Positions 9,830-19,854 of a stretch of 64,000 nt of DNA are shown in pieces (positions within the stretch are counted from its first letter, which is position 1; each line of letters starts with the position of its first letter). Made by a program: the position numbers and the translations under genes. This stretch comes from Abditibacterium sp. (GTDB lineage: Bacteria; Armatimonadota; Abditibacteriia; Abditibacteriales; Abditibacteriaceae). Below the pieces are notes generated by a model. That model was not told where the DNA came from, searched no databases, and saw nothing but the letters and a program-made list of their open reading frames with translations. Location: NCBI GenBank assembly GCA_965199495.1, contig CBDASK010000003.1, forward strand, positions 192,001-256,000, read 5' to 3'.

Positions 9830-10765
9830 TCATTTATCGTCACACGTATTTGTCATTGCCAATGTCGAATCCCAATCGCCCAATCCGGCGACGGTTCCGA
9901 CGGCGCTCACGCAACGCGCGCCGGTCGCGTTGCCCATTTTCAAACGGGTTTCCATCGGCAAAGCGCGCAAAGTCGCCGCCAGAAATCCCGCCGCGAATGC
10001 GTCGCCCGCACCCGTCGCGTCAACGACAGCCACGGCGAAGGCGTCGGCGCGCGCACTTTGGCCCTGAGCGTTCAAAGCATAACTTCCGGCCTCGCCCATT
10101 TTGATGGCGACGCAACCGACGCCTTCATCAATCAGGCGCGCGGCGACGGGCGCGCGGCAATCGGGGAATAAATCGCGGACTTCGTGCAGGCTGGGCACAA
10201 AATAATCGAGATGCGGCAAACACAACCGCAGATTTTGGCGCCAAAGGTCACCGGGCGCGCCCGCCGTATCGAGCGATGTTTGGATGCCCATCCGTTGCGC
10301 GTGGCTCAACAATTCGGCGCAGGGCGCGCCATCGAAAGCGGGCATCAAACCGTGTCCGGCGATATGTAATAATTGCGCGCCGTTCAAGGTTTCGCGGCGG
10401 AAGTCGGCGCTTCCAAACGCGGCGTTGGCGCCGACGCAATGCAAAAACGCGCGTTCGCCATCGGGCGAAACCAAAACCATCGTCGCGCTGGTCGGCGCGT
10501 CTTTTTCGACGACGCCGCGCGCATTAATGCCCTCGGCGCGCAAAACGTCGCGCACGAATTGGCCGAAACCATCGCGCCCGACGGCGCCGACGATGGCGGT
10601 TTCGACGCCCAATCGGTGCAAGCCGATACCCGTATTGGCCGCGCAACCGCCGATATGCGGCGTGATGGACTCGACGAGCGCCAAAGCGCCGGGCGCGGGC
10701 ACGGCTTCGATGGGACGGCCAATGACATCGGCGACTAAAATTCCCAGACAAATAACGGCGGGCAT
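9830..10765 (-). CDS. PfkB family carbohydrate kinase
   Basis: GGCAANT and DATGAGDAFAAG signatures. Confidence 0.9.
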   Translation of the reverse strand: MPAVICLGILVADVIGRPIEAVPAPGALALVESITPHIGGCAANTGIGLHRLGVETAIVGAVGRDGFGQFVRDVLRAEGINARGVVEKDAPTSATMVLVSPDGERAFLHCVGANAAFGSADFRRETLNGAQLLHIAGHGLMPAFDGAPCAELLSHAQRMGIQTSLDTAGAPGDLWRQNLRLCLPHLDYFVPSLHEVRDLFPDCRAPVAARLIDEGVGCVAIKMGEAGSYALNAQGQSARADAFAVAVVDATGAGDAFAAGFLAATLRALPMETRLKMGNATGARCVSAVGTVAGLGDWDSTLAMTNTCDDK

Positions 10766-10856
10766 CCTCGCAGTTTAAAGCACGCGATAGTCTCAGAACG
10801 CGGGCACGCGTCCGCCCGCGTCGCGGATTTGCGCAAATCCACGACGGCGTTTTGAA

Positions 10857-11011
10857 TAGACCTCTTGCACAAGCCAACTTTCAAGCTGGCGCTCCGCGTC
10901 AAGCGGGGCTGACGCCCTCTTCCAATCGGTGGAGTTTCTCGCACATTCGCCGATTGGAAGAGGGCGTCAGCCCCGCTGTTCAAGCTGCAAGCGACTTATG
11001 CAAGAGGTCTA
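10857..11011. repeat. nested palindromic element: TAGACCTCTTGCA outer arms around a GGGGCTGACGCCCTCTTCCAATCGG inverted pair
   Basis: Outer arms match 61091-61231; inner pair matches 12981 and 32855. Confidence 0.9.
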
Positions 11012-11097
11012 ATATAATGCTTGGATAAATCTTTGCCGCCGTTGCGATTCCGCTTTGGTGCTATAAACTCTGCTATGATAACGACATCGGTGACGAC

Positions 11098-12189
11098 ATG
11101 AAAAATCAAGAAAAGGCCAAACATCGGGTGGTGCGACAGGCTTTAACCGAGTCCATTCGTCGCGGCGAATATAAGCCGGGCGAACGCATTCCCGCCGAGC
11201 GCGACTTGGCCGAAATTTACGGCGTTTCGTATATGACTGCGCGCCGCGCCGTCACCGAAATGGTCGAGGTGGATTTGCTGCGTCGCCGTCCGCGCGAGGG
11301 CACGTTTGTGCCGCCGCGCAGCGTCAAGCGGCTCGCTGCCAAAACGGTTCATCTGGTTTGTCCTGGCTTTGGTTCGCCCATGATGAGAACCTTTTTGCAG
11401 GCGGGCGACCAACAAGCCGAGGCACGTGGCTGGCGCACCGAAGTGATTCAACTGCACCATTCGCAGGTGCGCCCGGTGGCGCGCGCGCTGGAGGGCGGCG
11501 ACATGATGGTGATGTTGCCTTCTGGCCCCGACCTCGAAACGACGATGGTCGAGACGCTGCAAAAAGCCGAGGGCCGCGCCGTTTTGCTGGGCAACCGATT
11601 CGATCATCTGGGCATTCCCTCGGTCATGGCCGACGATGCCGAGGGCATTCGATTGGCGATGGAGCATTTGCAGGGGTTTGGTCACCGCGAAATCGCGATC
11701 ATGACAGCCACGCCCGACCACAACGTGGATCGCGTGCAAATCGCGGCGTGGCGCGCGGCCTCGCCCGCCGATTGGGACGAGGAACACTTCGCCAAGCGCA
11801 CGATTAGGGTGGAGACGCCGCGCCACGAAAGCCACGATGATACCGTTTATCAGGCGCTCGGCGAATATCTCGCGGCGGATAACGGGGAAACCACGGCGAT
11901 ACTCTGTCTGCTGGAACGCATGGCGCTGCCCGCCCTCGCCGCCTGTCGCGACGCCGGGCGCGCGGTGCCAGACAAAATGTCGCTGATCGCATCGGGCAAC
12001 AATCCCACGCTCGCCTACGCGCATCCGCCCGTGACCTGCATTGACGTTCACGTCGAAGAACACATGGAAAAGGCGCTTCAGTTTTTCGATAAATTTTTGG
12101 AAGGCAAACTCGCCGATTCCGATTTACTCCATTTGATTACGCCCCATTTGGAACTGCGTAAAAGCGTGCAAAATCCGCCCGCGATATAG
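11098..12189 (+). CDS. GntR-family regulator with LacI-type sugar-binding domain (AraR-like)
   Basis: GERIPAERDLAEIYGVSYMTARRA HTH; GHREIA and PPVTCI LacI-type motifs. Confidence 0.9.
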   Translation: MKNQEKAKHRVVRQALTESIRRGEYKPGERIPAERDLAEIYGVSYMTARRAVTEMVEVDLLRRRPREGTFVPPRSVKRLAAKTVHLVCPGFGSPMMRTFLQAGDQQAEARGWRTEVIQLHHSQVRPVARALEGGDMMVMLPSGPDLETTMVETLQKAEGRAVLLGNRFDHLGIPSVMADDAEGIRLAMEHLQGFGHREIAIMTATPDHNVDRVQIAAWRAASPADWDEEHFAKRTIRVETPRHESHDDTVYQALGEYLAADNGETTAILCLLERMALPALAACRDAGRAVPDKMSLIASGNNPTLAYAHPPVTCIDVHVEEHMEKALQFFDKFLEGKLADSDLLHLITPHLELRKSVQNPPAI

Positions 12190-12197
12190 AAGATTTC

Positions 12198-12962
12198 TCA
12201 ACCTTCGCGCACGCGTTGGCCATCCACAATAAACAGTTCGGCCAAATTCCACAATCCGCTTCCGTCGGCTTTCGTAATCGGTTCGCTCGAATATTGCGGC
12301 AGATAAACGCGGCGCATTTTGTCGGTTGTGTTGGGGCCGCTGCGATGAAAAACCGTCGAAGCAAAACAGGCGATTGAACCCGCCGGACAGATAATCGGAT
12401 CGCCCAAATCGTCGCCGAAATAACCGACTTTATCGTTGGTTTCCGCGTCCCAGCGGTGCTGCACCATCGTTTTGGTTCCGGCGCGCTCGTAGGACAACAG
12501 GTAAACAGTGCCGTTTTCTTCGTTCACGTCGTCGAGCGTGACCCAGCACGTCAAATACGGTTTATGCGCGTGGCCGACATAACCCGAATCTTGGTGCCAC
12601 GAGAATTTGCCGCCCTTTTCGGCGGCTTTGACGACGTATTGTTCGTGGAACAGATAAACGTTGTCGCCCAACGTGGCGAGGGTGATCTGCGCCATCAAAT
12701 CGGAAAAGATAAACGCGCCGATGGCGGTATCATCTGGCTTGTAGCCGCCGACGAAATAGCGACTGCCCTTCTGATTAATGCCCAGCTTCTCGACGCCGCG
12801 CGCTTCCATTTCGGCATCAATGCGCGCGATATTTTCGTCAACTTTGCCGCGCAACAGTTGCAAATGCGTGGGCGAAACGACGCTTTCAAGAACGAAAAAA
12901 CCGTCGTTTTCAAACGCGGTTTTGTGAGTTTCGGTCACAACGGAAGTTTGAGTTGGGGACAT
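12198..12962 (-). CDS. phytanoyl-CoA dioxygenase (PhyH) family protein
   Basis: FENDGFFVLE, WHQD, TCWVTLDD, HRSGPN. Confidence 0.85.
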   Translation of the reverse strand: MSPTQTSVVTETHKTAFENDGFFVLESVVSPTHLQLLRGKVDENIARIDAEMEARGVEKLGINQKGSRYFVGGYKPDDTAIGAFIFSDLMAQITLATLGDNVYLFHEQYVVKAAEKGGKFSWHQDSGYVGHAHKPYLTCWVTLDDVNEENGTVYLLSYERAGTKTMVQHRWDAETNDKVGYFGDDLGDPIICPAGSIACFASTVFHRSGPNTTDKMRRVYLPQYSSEPITKADGSGLWNLAELFIVDGQRVREG

Positions 12963-12980
12963 GATGATTACGACGCTTGC

Positions 12981-13052
12981 AGCGGGGCTTGCGCCCTCTT
13001 CCAATCGGGGACGCAAGCGAAATTATGATTGGAAGAGGGCGCAAGCCCCGCT
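12981..13052. repeat. palindromic element, CTCTTCCAATC family
   Basis: AGCGGGGCTTGCGCCCTCTTCCAATC and its inverted copy. Confidence 0.9.
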
Positions 13053-13092
13053 CGAAGCGAAGCGCACCCCAAACAAATGAAACGGCGTGGCC

Positions 13093-15027
13093 TCAATAAC
13101 TCAGTCCAAATCCGACATCATACAGCGCATTGGGCTTGTTATTCGACAGATTAATCGGCAACTGATCCATCGAGCGCGGCCACACAACTGGCATTTTGCC
13201 GGTCGGACTATAATCGCCAAACAACACATCGGCCACGCCCTGCCCTTCGCTGCCGGGCAGCCACGCCGCCACCAGAGCATCAGCGTTGTTCACCGCGTCG
13301 CCTAAAATCTGCGGGCGGCCCGATACAATGACGACAACTGTCGGCTTGCCAGTCTGGCGCGCGCGCGCAATTGTCGTGGCGTCTTCGGCGGGCAAAGTCA
13401 GGTCGCGCGCGTCACCCTTGTATTCGGCGTAAGGAGTCTCGCCGACGATGACCAAATTGGCGTCGGCGTCGGGCAAACCTTGGCCGTCGCGCGAATAAGA
13501 AACTTGCGTTTGCGGCGACACGGTTTTCTTGATCGCGCTCAAAATCGAGGTCGCGCCCGGCACGACGTTGCCGGTTTGGCCCTGCCACACGACCGACCAG
13601 CCGCCGCATTGGCGCCCGGTATCGTCGGCGCCCGAACCGCTCACCGCCAGACTGCCGATGTTTTTGGAAAGCGGCAAAGTCTGGTTCTCGTTCTTCAACA
13701 AAACCAGCGATTGGCGCACCGCCTGACGCGCCAAGTCGCGATGAGCGGCGCCGCCAAAAGTGCCCGCCAAATAACTCGGCGGCGCGACGTTGGGACTATC
13801 GCGGAGCAAACCCATCGCGCTTTTGACGCGCAAAATGCGCAGCACCGCCTCGTCCATACGCGCTTGAGGAATGCGGCCTTCTTTGACGAGCGCGATCAAA
13901 TTGTTATAGGCGATCTGATATCTATCAGTCACCATAATCATGTCTAAGCCCGCGTTGACCGCGTTGGAAATATTGGTTTTGTAATCCGGGCCGAGCTGAT
14001 CTAAGGCGTCGTAATCCGACAAAACGATGCCCTCGAAACCCAATTCGCCTCGCAAAACGTCGGTCAAGAGCGTGCGGTTCTGCGACATCTTCAGGCCATT
14101 GAGCGAGCTATAAGAAACCATCACCGAGCCGACGCCCGACGCAATCGCGCTGCGAAATGGCGGCAGATGCACGTCGCGCAGGTTGTCCAGACTCAAGCGC
14201 GTATCGCCCTGATCCAGACCGAAGCCGTTGATGGGCGAAGTCCCGTAAATCGTGCCGCCGTCGCCGACGAAATGCTTGGCGCACGCCAGCATCGAAGCGG
14301 GCGCGCTCAGATTCTGGCCCTGCAAACCTTGGACAGTCGCATCACCCAACTGGCTGACGACGTTTGGGTCTTGCGAGAATCCTTCGTAAGTGCGGCCCCA
14401 GCGCACATCCTGAGGAATCGTGACGCACGGCGAGAAGTCCCAGTTAGCGCCAATCGCCTTGGTTTCTTCCGCCGTGGCTGTCGCGATGCGCTGCACCAAA
14501 CCGGCGTCGCGCGTGGCGCCCAAGCCGATGTTATGCGGAAAGAGCGTCGCGCCCGGCACGTTGTTGTTGCCGTGAACCGCGTCAATGCCATACAGAAGCG
14601 GAATCTTCAAACGGCTCTGCGCCGCCTGCGCCTGATAGCCCGCGATCATATTCGTCCAGCCGCGCTGATCGTTCGAGCCGCCGCGCGGGCCCGAACCGGC
14701 GCCGCTCAAAAGCGCGCCCAGATGATAATTCGCGATGTCGGCGGGACTTTTGAGAAAGCCCTGCTCGGCCATAATCATCTGGCCCGCTTTCTCTTCGAGC
14801 GTCATCTTCGCCAGTACCGCGCGTGCGTTGGCGTCTTCGCGCACGAACGCGATTTGGCCGGGATTCGATGGCGTCGGGGTTGTCGGAGTTGTTGGATTAG
14901 TTGGCGTTGTCGGGCCAGCCGAACCTTTGGAGCCGCCGCCCCCGCCGCAACCGGCCAGAGCAGCAACGCCCAGCAGAGCGACCAAAGGAGAAAAACGAGC
15001 GGGGGCGCGGCGTTGATGGGGATTCAT
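13093..15027 (-). CDS. GH3 beta-glucosidase, lipoprotein
   Basis: LAGC lipobox, PT linker, DAVHG, RWGRTYEGFS, CAKHFVGDG, LSDY nucleophile. Confidence 0.92.
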   Translation of the reverse strand: MNPHQRRAPARFSPLVALLGVAALAGCGGGGGSKGSAGPTTPTNPTTPTTPTPSNPGQIAFVREDANARAVLAKMTLEEKAGQMIMAEQGFLKSPADIANYHLGALLSGAGSGPRGGSNDQRGWTNMIAGYQAQAAQSRLKIPLLYGIDAVHGNNNVPGATLFPHNIGLGATRDAGLVQRIATATAEETKAIGANWDFSPCVTIPQDVRWGRTYEGFSQDPNVVSQLGDATVQGLQGQNLSAPASMLACAKHFVGDGGTIYGTSPINGFGLDQGDTRLSLDNLRDVHLPPFRSAIASGVGSVMVSYSSLNGLKMSQNRTLLTDVLRGELGFEGIVLSDYDALDQLGPDYKTNISNAVNAGLDMIMVTDRYQIAYNNLIALVKEGRIPQARMDEAVLRILRVKSAMGLLRDSPNVAPPSYLAGTFGGAAHRDLARQAVRQSLVLLKNENQTLPLSKNIGSLAVSGSGADDTGRQCGGWSVVWQGQTGNVVPGATSILSAIKKTVSPQTQVSYSRDGQGLPDADANLVIVGETPYAEYKGDARDLTLPAEDATTIARARQTGKPTVVVIVSGRPQILGDAVNNADALVAAWLPGSEGQGVADVLFGDYSPTGKMPVVWPRSMDQLPINLSNNKPNALYDVGFGLSY

Positions 15028-15067
15028 TTGTGGAGCGAGAGTTTAGCGGAGAACCAAACCAAAAGTT

Positions 15068-15877
15068 TCAATTGTCCAACGCGGCGCGCAGTTTCTCGCG
15101 CCCGGTTTTCGCCGTCTGCAAAGCGTCGCCTTCCCAGTATTTCGGATTGAACAGTTCCAGCGACAAATAGCCGTCGAAACCAATTTCGCGCAAAACGCCG
15201 AGGACTTCACCCAAAGCAGCCACGCCGTCGCCGGGCCACACGCGGTCGGCGTCGCCAATGGCGGCGGGCGCAACATTGGGATAATCGTTGACGTGAAAAA
15301 TCGGCAGCACAGCCGCATTGAGCGTTTTCAAACCCGCGAGCGGCGAACCGCCTTTATAAAGATGGTAAACGTCGGCCAACACGCTCGCATTGTCGGCGCC
15401 GCTTTCGACGGCGACAAAAGCCGCTTCGCCCAATTTCGACAAGGTCTGCGAAAATCCCCACACTTCGACGAGCGGTCGCACACCGACTTCGCGCCCGATG
15501 GCGCACAGCGCGCTGTAACGCTCGGCAATCAAATTTAAATCGGTCATTTTCGCATCAACCGCGCCCATTGGCGGCGCGGCCATCAGCGTGCCGCCAACAC
15601 GCGCCACCAATTCCATATCGCGCCGCGCTTGTTCCAAACTTTCGGGCGTGCCGGTAATCCACGGCGCGAAACCGATGGCGCCCTGCACACTCAACCCGGC
15701 ATCACGGATTTGCGCCCCCAAATCTTCGAGCGAACCGCCCAACTTTTCGTGCGCGTCCAATTCGTCAATCCACGGCTCGATGGCATCGAACCCGGCGTCG
15801 CGCGCGATCTGAACGAGTTGGGCCAGCGGCAATTTATAGCCGCGCAAAGTCGAGGTATTAAGGCAAGTTTTAAACAT
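15068..15877 (-). CDS. sugar phosphate isomerase/epimerase (AP endonuclease 2 TIM barrel)
   Basis: GFDAIEPW, DVYH, FHVND, RVWPGDG, SLELFN. Confidence 0.85.
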   Translation of the reverse strand: MFKTCLNTSTLRGYKLPLAQLVQIARDAGFDAIEPWIDELDAHEKLGGSLEDLGAQIRDAGLSVQGAIGFAPWITGTPESLEQARRDMELVARVGGTLMAAPPMGAVDAKMTDLNLIAERYSALCAIGREVGVRPLVEVWGFSQTLSKLGEAAFVAVESGADNASVLADVYHLYKGGSPLAGLKTLNAAVLPIFHVNDYPNVAPAAIGDADRVWPGDGVAALGEVLGVLREIGFDGYLSLELFNPKYWEGDALQTAKTGREKLRAALDN

Positions 15878-16025
15878 AAAATCGTAGTTTAGTTAAACGA
15901 ATTTCATTGGTTTCGTTGAGGGCGATAATTAATTGTAACAGTTATTTTTGTATGGACGCTGCAAAACTTGACAGTTATACTGCGTGAGCGTCGGCACGAT
16001 TTTTTGCCGAATTAAACATATTCTC

Positions 16026-16772
16026 ATGTTGACTAAGAAAATTTGGCTTTTAGCCGTTTCTGTGGCGGTTATCGCCATCCAAGGTTGTGGCGGCGGCGGT
16101 GGCTTGTTATCACCCGGCAGAACCCCAACACCCGCCAACACTCCGGTTCCCGGCGCGACGCCGATTCCCGGCGTTACAGCCACGCCCGTTGCAACGGCTG
16201 TTCCGGGAAATACTCCCATGCCGGGAAATACGCCCGTTCCAACAACTGTACCGCCGACGGGTGATAATATCGGTGTCTTCTCGGATGTGGCTCCGACGAA
16301 CGGGCAAAACGATGTGGACAGCGCCTCATTCGTTCCAACAGTGCGCACGGTGAGCGGCGATAACCAACAGATCGATTTGCAACAGCGTTCGGCCAATGTC
16401 AACCGCATTCGGAGTTTTCAGTTTTCTCCCAGAGGTGTGACGGTCAATCCCGACGGCGGTGCTGGTCTGGCGGGCGGCGAGTTCGTCGCGGGTAAATCCT
16501 ACTCGCTCGCGCGCACGGGCAGCAACCGCATGGGCGCGGCTTACATCCAACAGAGCGATGTCAACAACACCGAGAACAACGTGTGGACTCCGACGGCGGG
16601 CACCTTTATCGTGGACTCAGTGACACGCGATTCCAATAACTTCGTCACAAGCGTCAAATTCCGCGTGGTTGACGCGCAATTCGCGCCCCAGCCCACGACG
16701 CTCATCGGCAACAACTCGCAGGGCACTTTCACCTTCAACTTTAGCGGCACCGCCGTTTACGTCAGCCCATGA
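16026..16772 (+). CDS. hypothetical lipoprotein with TP-rich linker
   Basis: IQGC lipobox followed by GGGG and repeated (N/A)TP(V/M/I)PG units. Confidence 0.75.
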   Translation: MLTKKIWLLAVSVAVIAIQGCGGGGGLLSPGRTPTPANTPVPGATPIPGVTATPVATAVPGNTPMPGNTPVPTTVPPTGDNIGVFSDVAPTNGQNDVDSASFVPTVRTVSGDNQQIDLQQRSANVNRIRSFQFSPRGVTVNPDGGAGLAGGEFVAGKSYSLARTGSNRMGAAYIQQSDVNNTENNVWTPTAGTFIVDSVTRDSNNFVTSVKFRVVDAQFAPQPTTLIGNNSQGTFTFNFSGTAVYVSP

Positions 16773-16782
16773 AACGGGAATT

Positions 16783-16820
16783 AAAAAAGCGCCCATCTCG
16801 AAAGAAATGGGCGCTTTTTT
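16783..16820. terminator. bidirectional intrinsic terminator
   Basis: A6-GCGCCCAT..ATGGGCGC-T6 between convergent genes. Confidence 0.85.
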
Positions 16821-16832
16821 GTGTGACCAAAC

Positions 16833-17609
16833 TTATCGTTTGACCGTTTTCTTTACTACCACTTTAGGTGCGGTTTTAGCCTTGACCACGATCTCGTTTT
16901 TGACGTTCTCGAAGTTTTTCAGCGCGAGTTGGTTGGCGCGAACCTTATCGGCGTTGGTCGCAACCGAACCGACCAAACGCAGAGTTTTGCCATCGGGCGC
17001 CGCGATGGCATCAACGCCCATTTTTTTCAAAGCCGCGTCTTTGGCGAAAGCCGCATCGGTCAGGCGCGTCGCCGAAGCCAACTGATTCTTCAACGCGGCG
17101 GGCGTGGCTTTGACCTGATTGACCTTGGACTGGGCCATCGTTTTGGCGGTTTGAGGCGCGTTTTTGACTTGACTGGCCGTGTTTTGCATCTGCGCGGCTT
17201 TGTTTTGCATGGTCGCCGCTTTCGATTGCATTTGCGCGGCGGCGTTTTGTGCGTCGCGCACCGGTTGGGGCTTTTGCGCTTGCTCGGCGGCGGCCTGATT
17301 GAGATTGGCCTGCGCGTTGTTGACCTGCGCTTGCGCCGCGTTGACCTGAGCCTGCGTTTGCGCCACGGGCGCCATCGCTTTGTCTTTGGCGTCGTCGGCT
17401 TTGGCCCTGGCGTCGTCCACGGGCTTAGTCGCCTTGTCGGTGGTTTCGTCCACTTTTTGCGTGGCTTTGTCCACTTTGTCGGTGGCCTTGTCAATTTTCT
17501 TCTTGATCTTATCGAAAACTCCGGCGTGGCTGGTGTTGACCAACACGCACGCGCTGCCCAAAACAATCAGGCTCGGCCATAACACACTTTTCGTTCTTTT
17601 GGTTTTCAT
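16833..17609 (-). CDS. secreted protein with C-terminal BON-like domain
   Basis: Signal peptide, K/D/Q/A-rich coiled coil, LRLVGSVAT..A..VKNEI BON-like C-terminus. Confidence 0.7.
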   Translation of the reverse strand: MKTKRTKSVLWPSLIVLGSACVLVNTSHAGVFDKIKKKIDKATDKVDKATQKVDETTDKATKPVDDARAKADDAKDKAMAPVAQTQAQVNAAQAQVNNAQANLNQAAAEQAQKPQPVRDAQNAAAQMQSKAATMQNKAAQMQNTASQVKNAPQTAKTMAQSKVNQVKATPAALKNQLASATRLTDAAFAKDAALKKMGVDAIAAPDGKTLRLVGSVATNADKVRANQLALKNFENVKNEIVVKAKTAPKVVVKKTVKR

Positions 17610-17735
17610 AAGTAATATCCTCCGATTGTCGGCAAGCGCTCTTTCACCGCAAAGCAAAGGCGCATTTTCTTTATAGAGGTTACACTTTTGGCGTAGAAAA
17701 CGCAAGTAATGTCAAGGCGAGGTAATTTTCTTCTT

Positions 17736-18455
17736 ATGAATCGTTCTGCTCTGCTCATTTTATGCGCTTTGTGGGCGTTGCCGACTTTCGCGGCGCCCAC
17801 CAAACAAGCGGGCAAAACTCCGCCCAAATCCGCCACTCCCAAACCTGTCGCAACTGGCGCGTTGATCGAAGGTCAGGGTTTGATGCACATCAAAGGCACG
17901 ATTCTCAGTCGCGGCGCCAACACGCAAGCCAAAGTTTATGAATCTACCAACGGCGAGCGCACTTTTGCTTTATCCAAGGCCACCATCACGCAGAGCAACG
18001 GCATGATGACGGTCGTTGCCCTCACGCAAACCCAGTTGGCCGACGAAGCGCCGATGCGATTGCAGCAGGGATTGACCCTCGCGTTCGCTTCCAAAGGCGG
18101 ATTTCGCGTCGGCCAAACCATTCCGGTTCGCATTCCCGTCGCCGATAAAGCTGGCAACTTTCCAACGGCCACGGCGATTTTGAGCTATACCCAACACGAG
18201 ATCAAGCAAGACCCCAAACAGCGCCAGCGCGCGTCCGAACCAATTCGTCATCTGACGCGATACAGCACCTGGGTCGGGATGCGCGGCACCCTAAAAATCG
18301 AAAGCGTGGCGCCGCGTCAGGTGACTTTCTCGCTGCAAAACGTGGTTTTCGAGCGGGGAACCGATCCCAACAAAGACAACTACGCCAAAGGCAACTTTGT
18401 CTTCAATGGTAAGGGCGAAGCGACAATCACCGAAGTAGACGATGGCTTTCATTAA
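17736..18455 (+). CDS. secreted hypothetical protein
   Basis: Signal peptide ending PTFA-A; long ORF. Confidence 0.7.
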   Translation: MNRSALLILCALWALPTFAAPTKQAGKTPPKSATPKPVATGALIEGQGLMHIKGTILSRGANTQAKVYESTNGERTFALSKATITQSNGMMTVVALTQTQLADEAPMRLQQGLTLAFASKGGFRVGQTIPVRIPVADKAGNFPTATAILSYTQHEIKQDPKQRQRASEPIRHLTRYSTWVGMRGTLKIESVAPRQVTFSLQNVVFERGTDPNKDNYAKGNFVFNGKGEATITEVDDGFH

Positions 18456-18463
18456 ATTAGGTC

Positions 18464-18994
18464 ATGATTTCATCCCGATTTTCAAAGCGCGTCGCACTGC
18501 CGACTTTGGCGGCGCTGACATTGTTTTCGTGCAGCTCCCCAAAAAGTGATTTGCCCTCGCTCGCGCCCGCGACGCAGGTCGTAGTGACCAATTATGCCCC
18601 GGCAAAAACTCACAAGGCGGGCGCGGTAACAATTTGGACGATAACCAATCCGCGAAAAGTCGCGCAATTGGCGAAGTTGGCCGACGCACAAGGCAAAGGT
18701 TGGCGCGATGCCAACGCAGCGAATATCAGTGAACAATCGGGCATTACACTGAAGTTGACTGGCGGAGGCGTAAACCAGATTTTCACGATTCAACCGAACG
18801 GTTTCGACAACTCTTACAACACGGCGTCGGGCAACCTCTGGTCGCGCCCAGATACCGTCGGGCCTTCGACGCTGATTAAGTTAATTCCCGATGCGGAATT
18901 GGACAAGTTAATGGCTGATATTCGCGCGGTTTTAAAAGGCGTGAACCCAGACCCGACGCCGATACCAACAGCCACGCCGAGGGCGTCGAAGTAA
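18464..18994 (+). CDS. hypothetical lipoprotein
   Basis: LFSC lipobox-like motif. Confidence 0.7.
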   Translation: MISSRFSKRVALPTLAALTLFSCSSPKSDLPSLAPATQVVVTNYAPAKTHKAGAVTIWTITNPRKVAQLAKLADAQGKGWRDANAANISEQSGITLKLTGGGVNQIFTIQPNGFDNSYNTASGNLWSRPDTVGPSTLIKLIPDAELDKLMADIRAVLKGVNPDPTPIPTATPRASK

Positions 18995-19002
18995 TCAAAC
19001 GC

Positions 19003-19042
19003 AGAACAGCCGCGCTCTCCTTTCGGAAAGCGCGGCTGTTCT
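19003..19042. terminator. terminator-like hairpin after rplO, between convergent genes
   Basis: AGAACAGCCGCGCT..AGCGCGGCTGTTCT. Confidence 0.7.
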
Positions 19043-19055
19043 AATTTGCCGAAAA

Positions 19056-19520
19056 TTAGATGACTTCGGCGGTGCCACCGGCGGCTTCGATTTTCTCGCG
19101 CGCCGTTGCGGTGAAATGGTTGGCCTGAATCGTCAGCGGTTTGGTAATTTCGCCGACGCCCAGAACGCGCAGTCCATCCCAGCGACCTTTAACAAGGCCG
19201 TTGGCACGCAATGACGCGGCGTTGTGCGTCGAACCAGATTCCAAACGTTCGAGCTGTTCGAGATTGACGATGCCGTAATGTTTGCGGGTCGGGCCGAGCG
19301 GCATGGCGCCTTTGCCTTTGCCGCGCAATTTGGGCAAACGCTGGAAGAGCGGCGTCTGGCCGCCTTCGTTGCCGCGCGCGGTTGAGTTGCGCGAGTGCTG
19401 ACCTTTGTGGCCGCGCGTCGAGGTTTTACCATGCCCCGAACCGATGCCGCGTCCGACGCGCTTTTTCTTTTTGCGCGATCCGGCGGCAGGTTTCAAGTTG
19501 GTGAGTGTTAAAAGTTCCAT
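19056..19520 (-). CDS. rplO: 50S ribosomal protein L15
   Basis: RVGRGIGSGHGKT, EGGQTPL. Confidence 0.98.
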   Translation of the reverse strand: MELLTLTNLKPAAGSRKKKKRVGRGIGSGHGKTSTRGHKGQHSRNSTARGNEGGQTPLFQRLPKLRGKGKGAMPLGPTRKHYGIVNLEQLERLESGSTHNAASLRANGLVKGRWDGLRVLGVGEITKPLTIQANHFTATAREKIEAAGGTAEVI

Positions 19521-19540
19521 TGGAATTCTCCTTTTGATAT

Positions 19541-19650
19541 CACTGTAGGGGCGGGGTTACCCCGCCCAAAACGTGAATGCGCGATTGAACTTCATTGAAC
19601 TTCGCGGTTGCATTGACATTTGGGCGGGGTGACCCCGCCCCTACGGGTGT
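19541..19650. repeat. GTAG-REP doublet, family 1
   Basis: GTAGGGGCGGGGTTACCCCGCCC ... GGGCGGGGTGACCCCGCCCCTAC. Confidence 0.95.
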
Positions 19651-19653
19651 TCG

Positions 19654-19854
19654 TTAATCAATAACGGTGACGAGGTGTTTGACTTTGAACACCATGCCTT
19701 TGACGCTATCGTTGGCGGGGAGCGCGACGACCGCGCCCATTTTGCGCAGACCCAGGGCCTCCACGGTCGCCTTTTGATCTTTGGGAGTTCCGATTGGACT
19801 TTTCGTCAACATCACTTTGATAGTCGATGTCGATTTTTGGTTGTCTTGGTTCAT
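19654..19854 (-). CDS. rpmD: 50S ribosomal protein L30
   Basis: [31 protein letters not shown]-like AAGGA upstream. Confidence 0.95.
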   Translation of the reverse strand: MNQDNQKSTSTIKVMLTKSPIGTPKDQKATVEALGLRKMGAVVALPANDSVKGMVFKVKHLVTVID

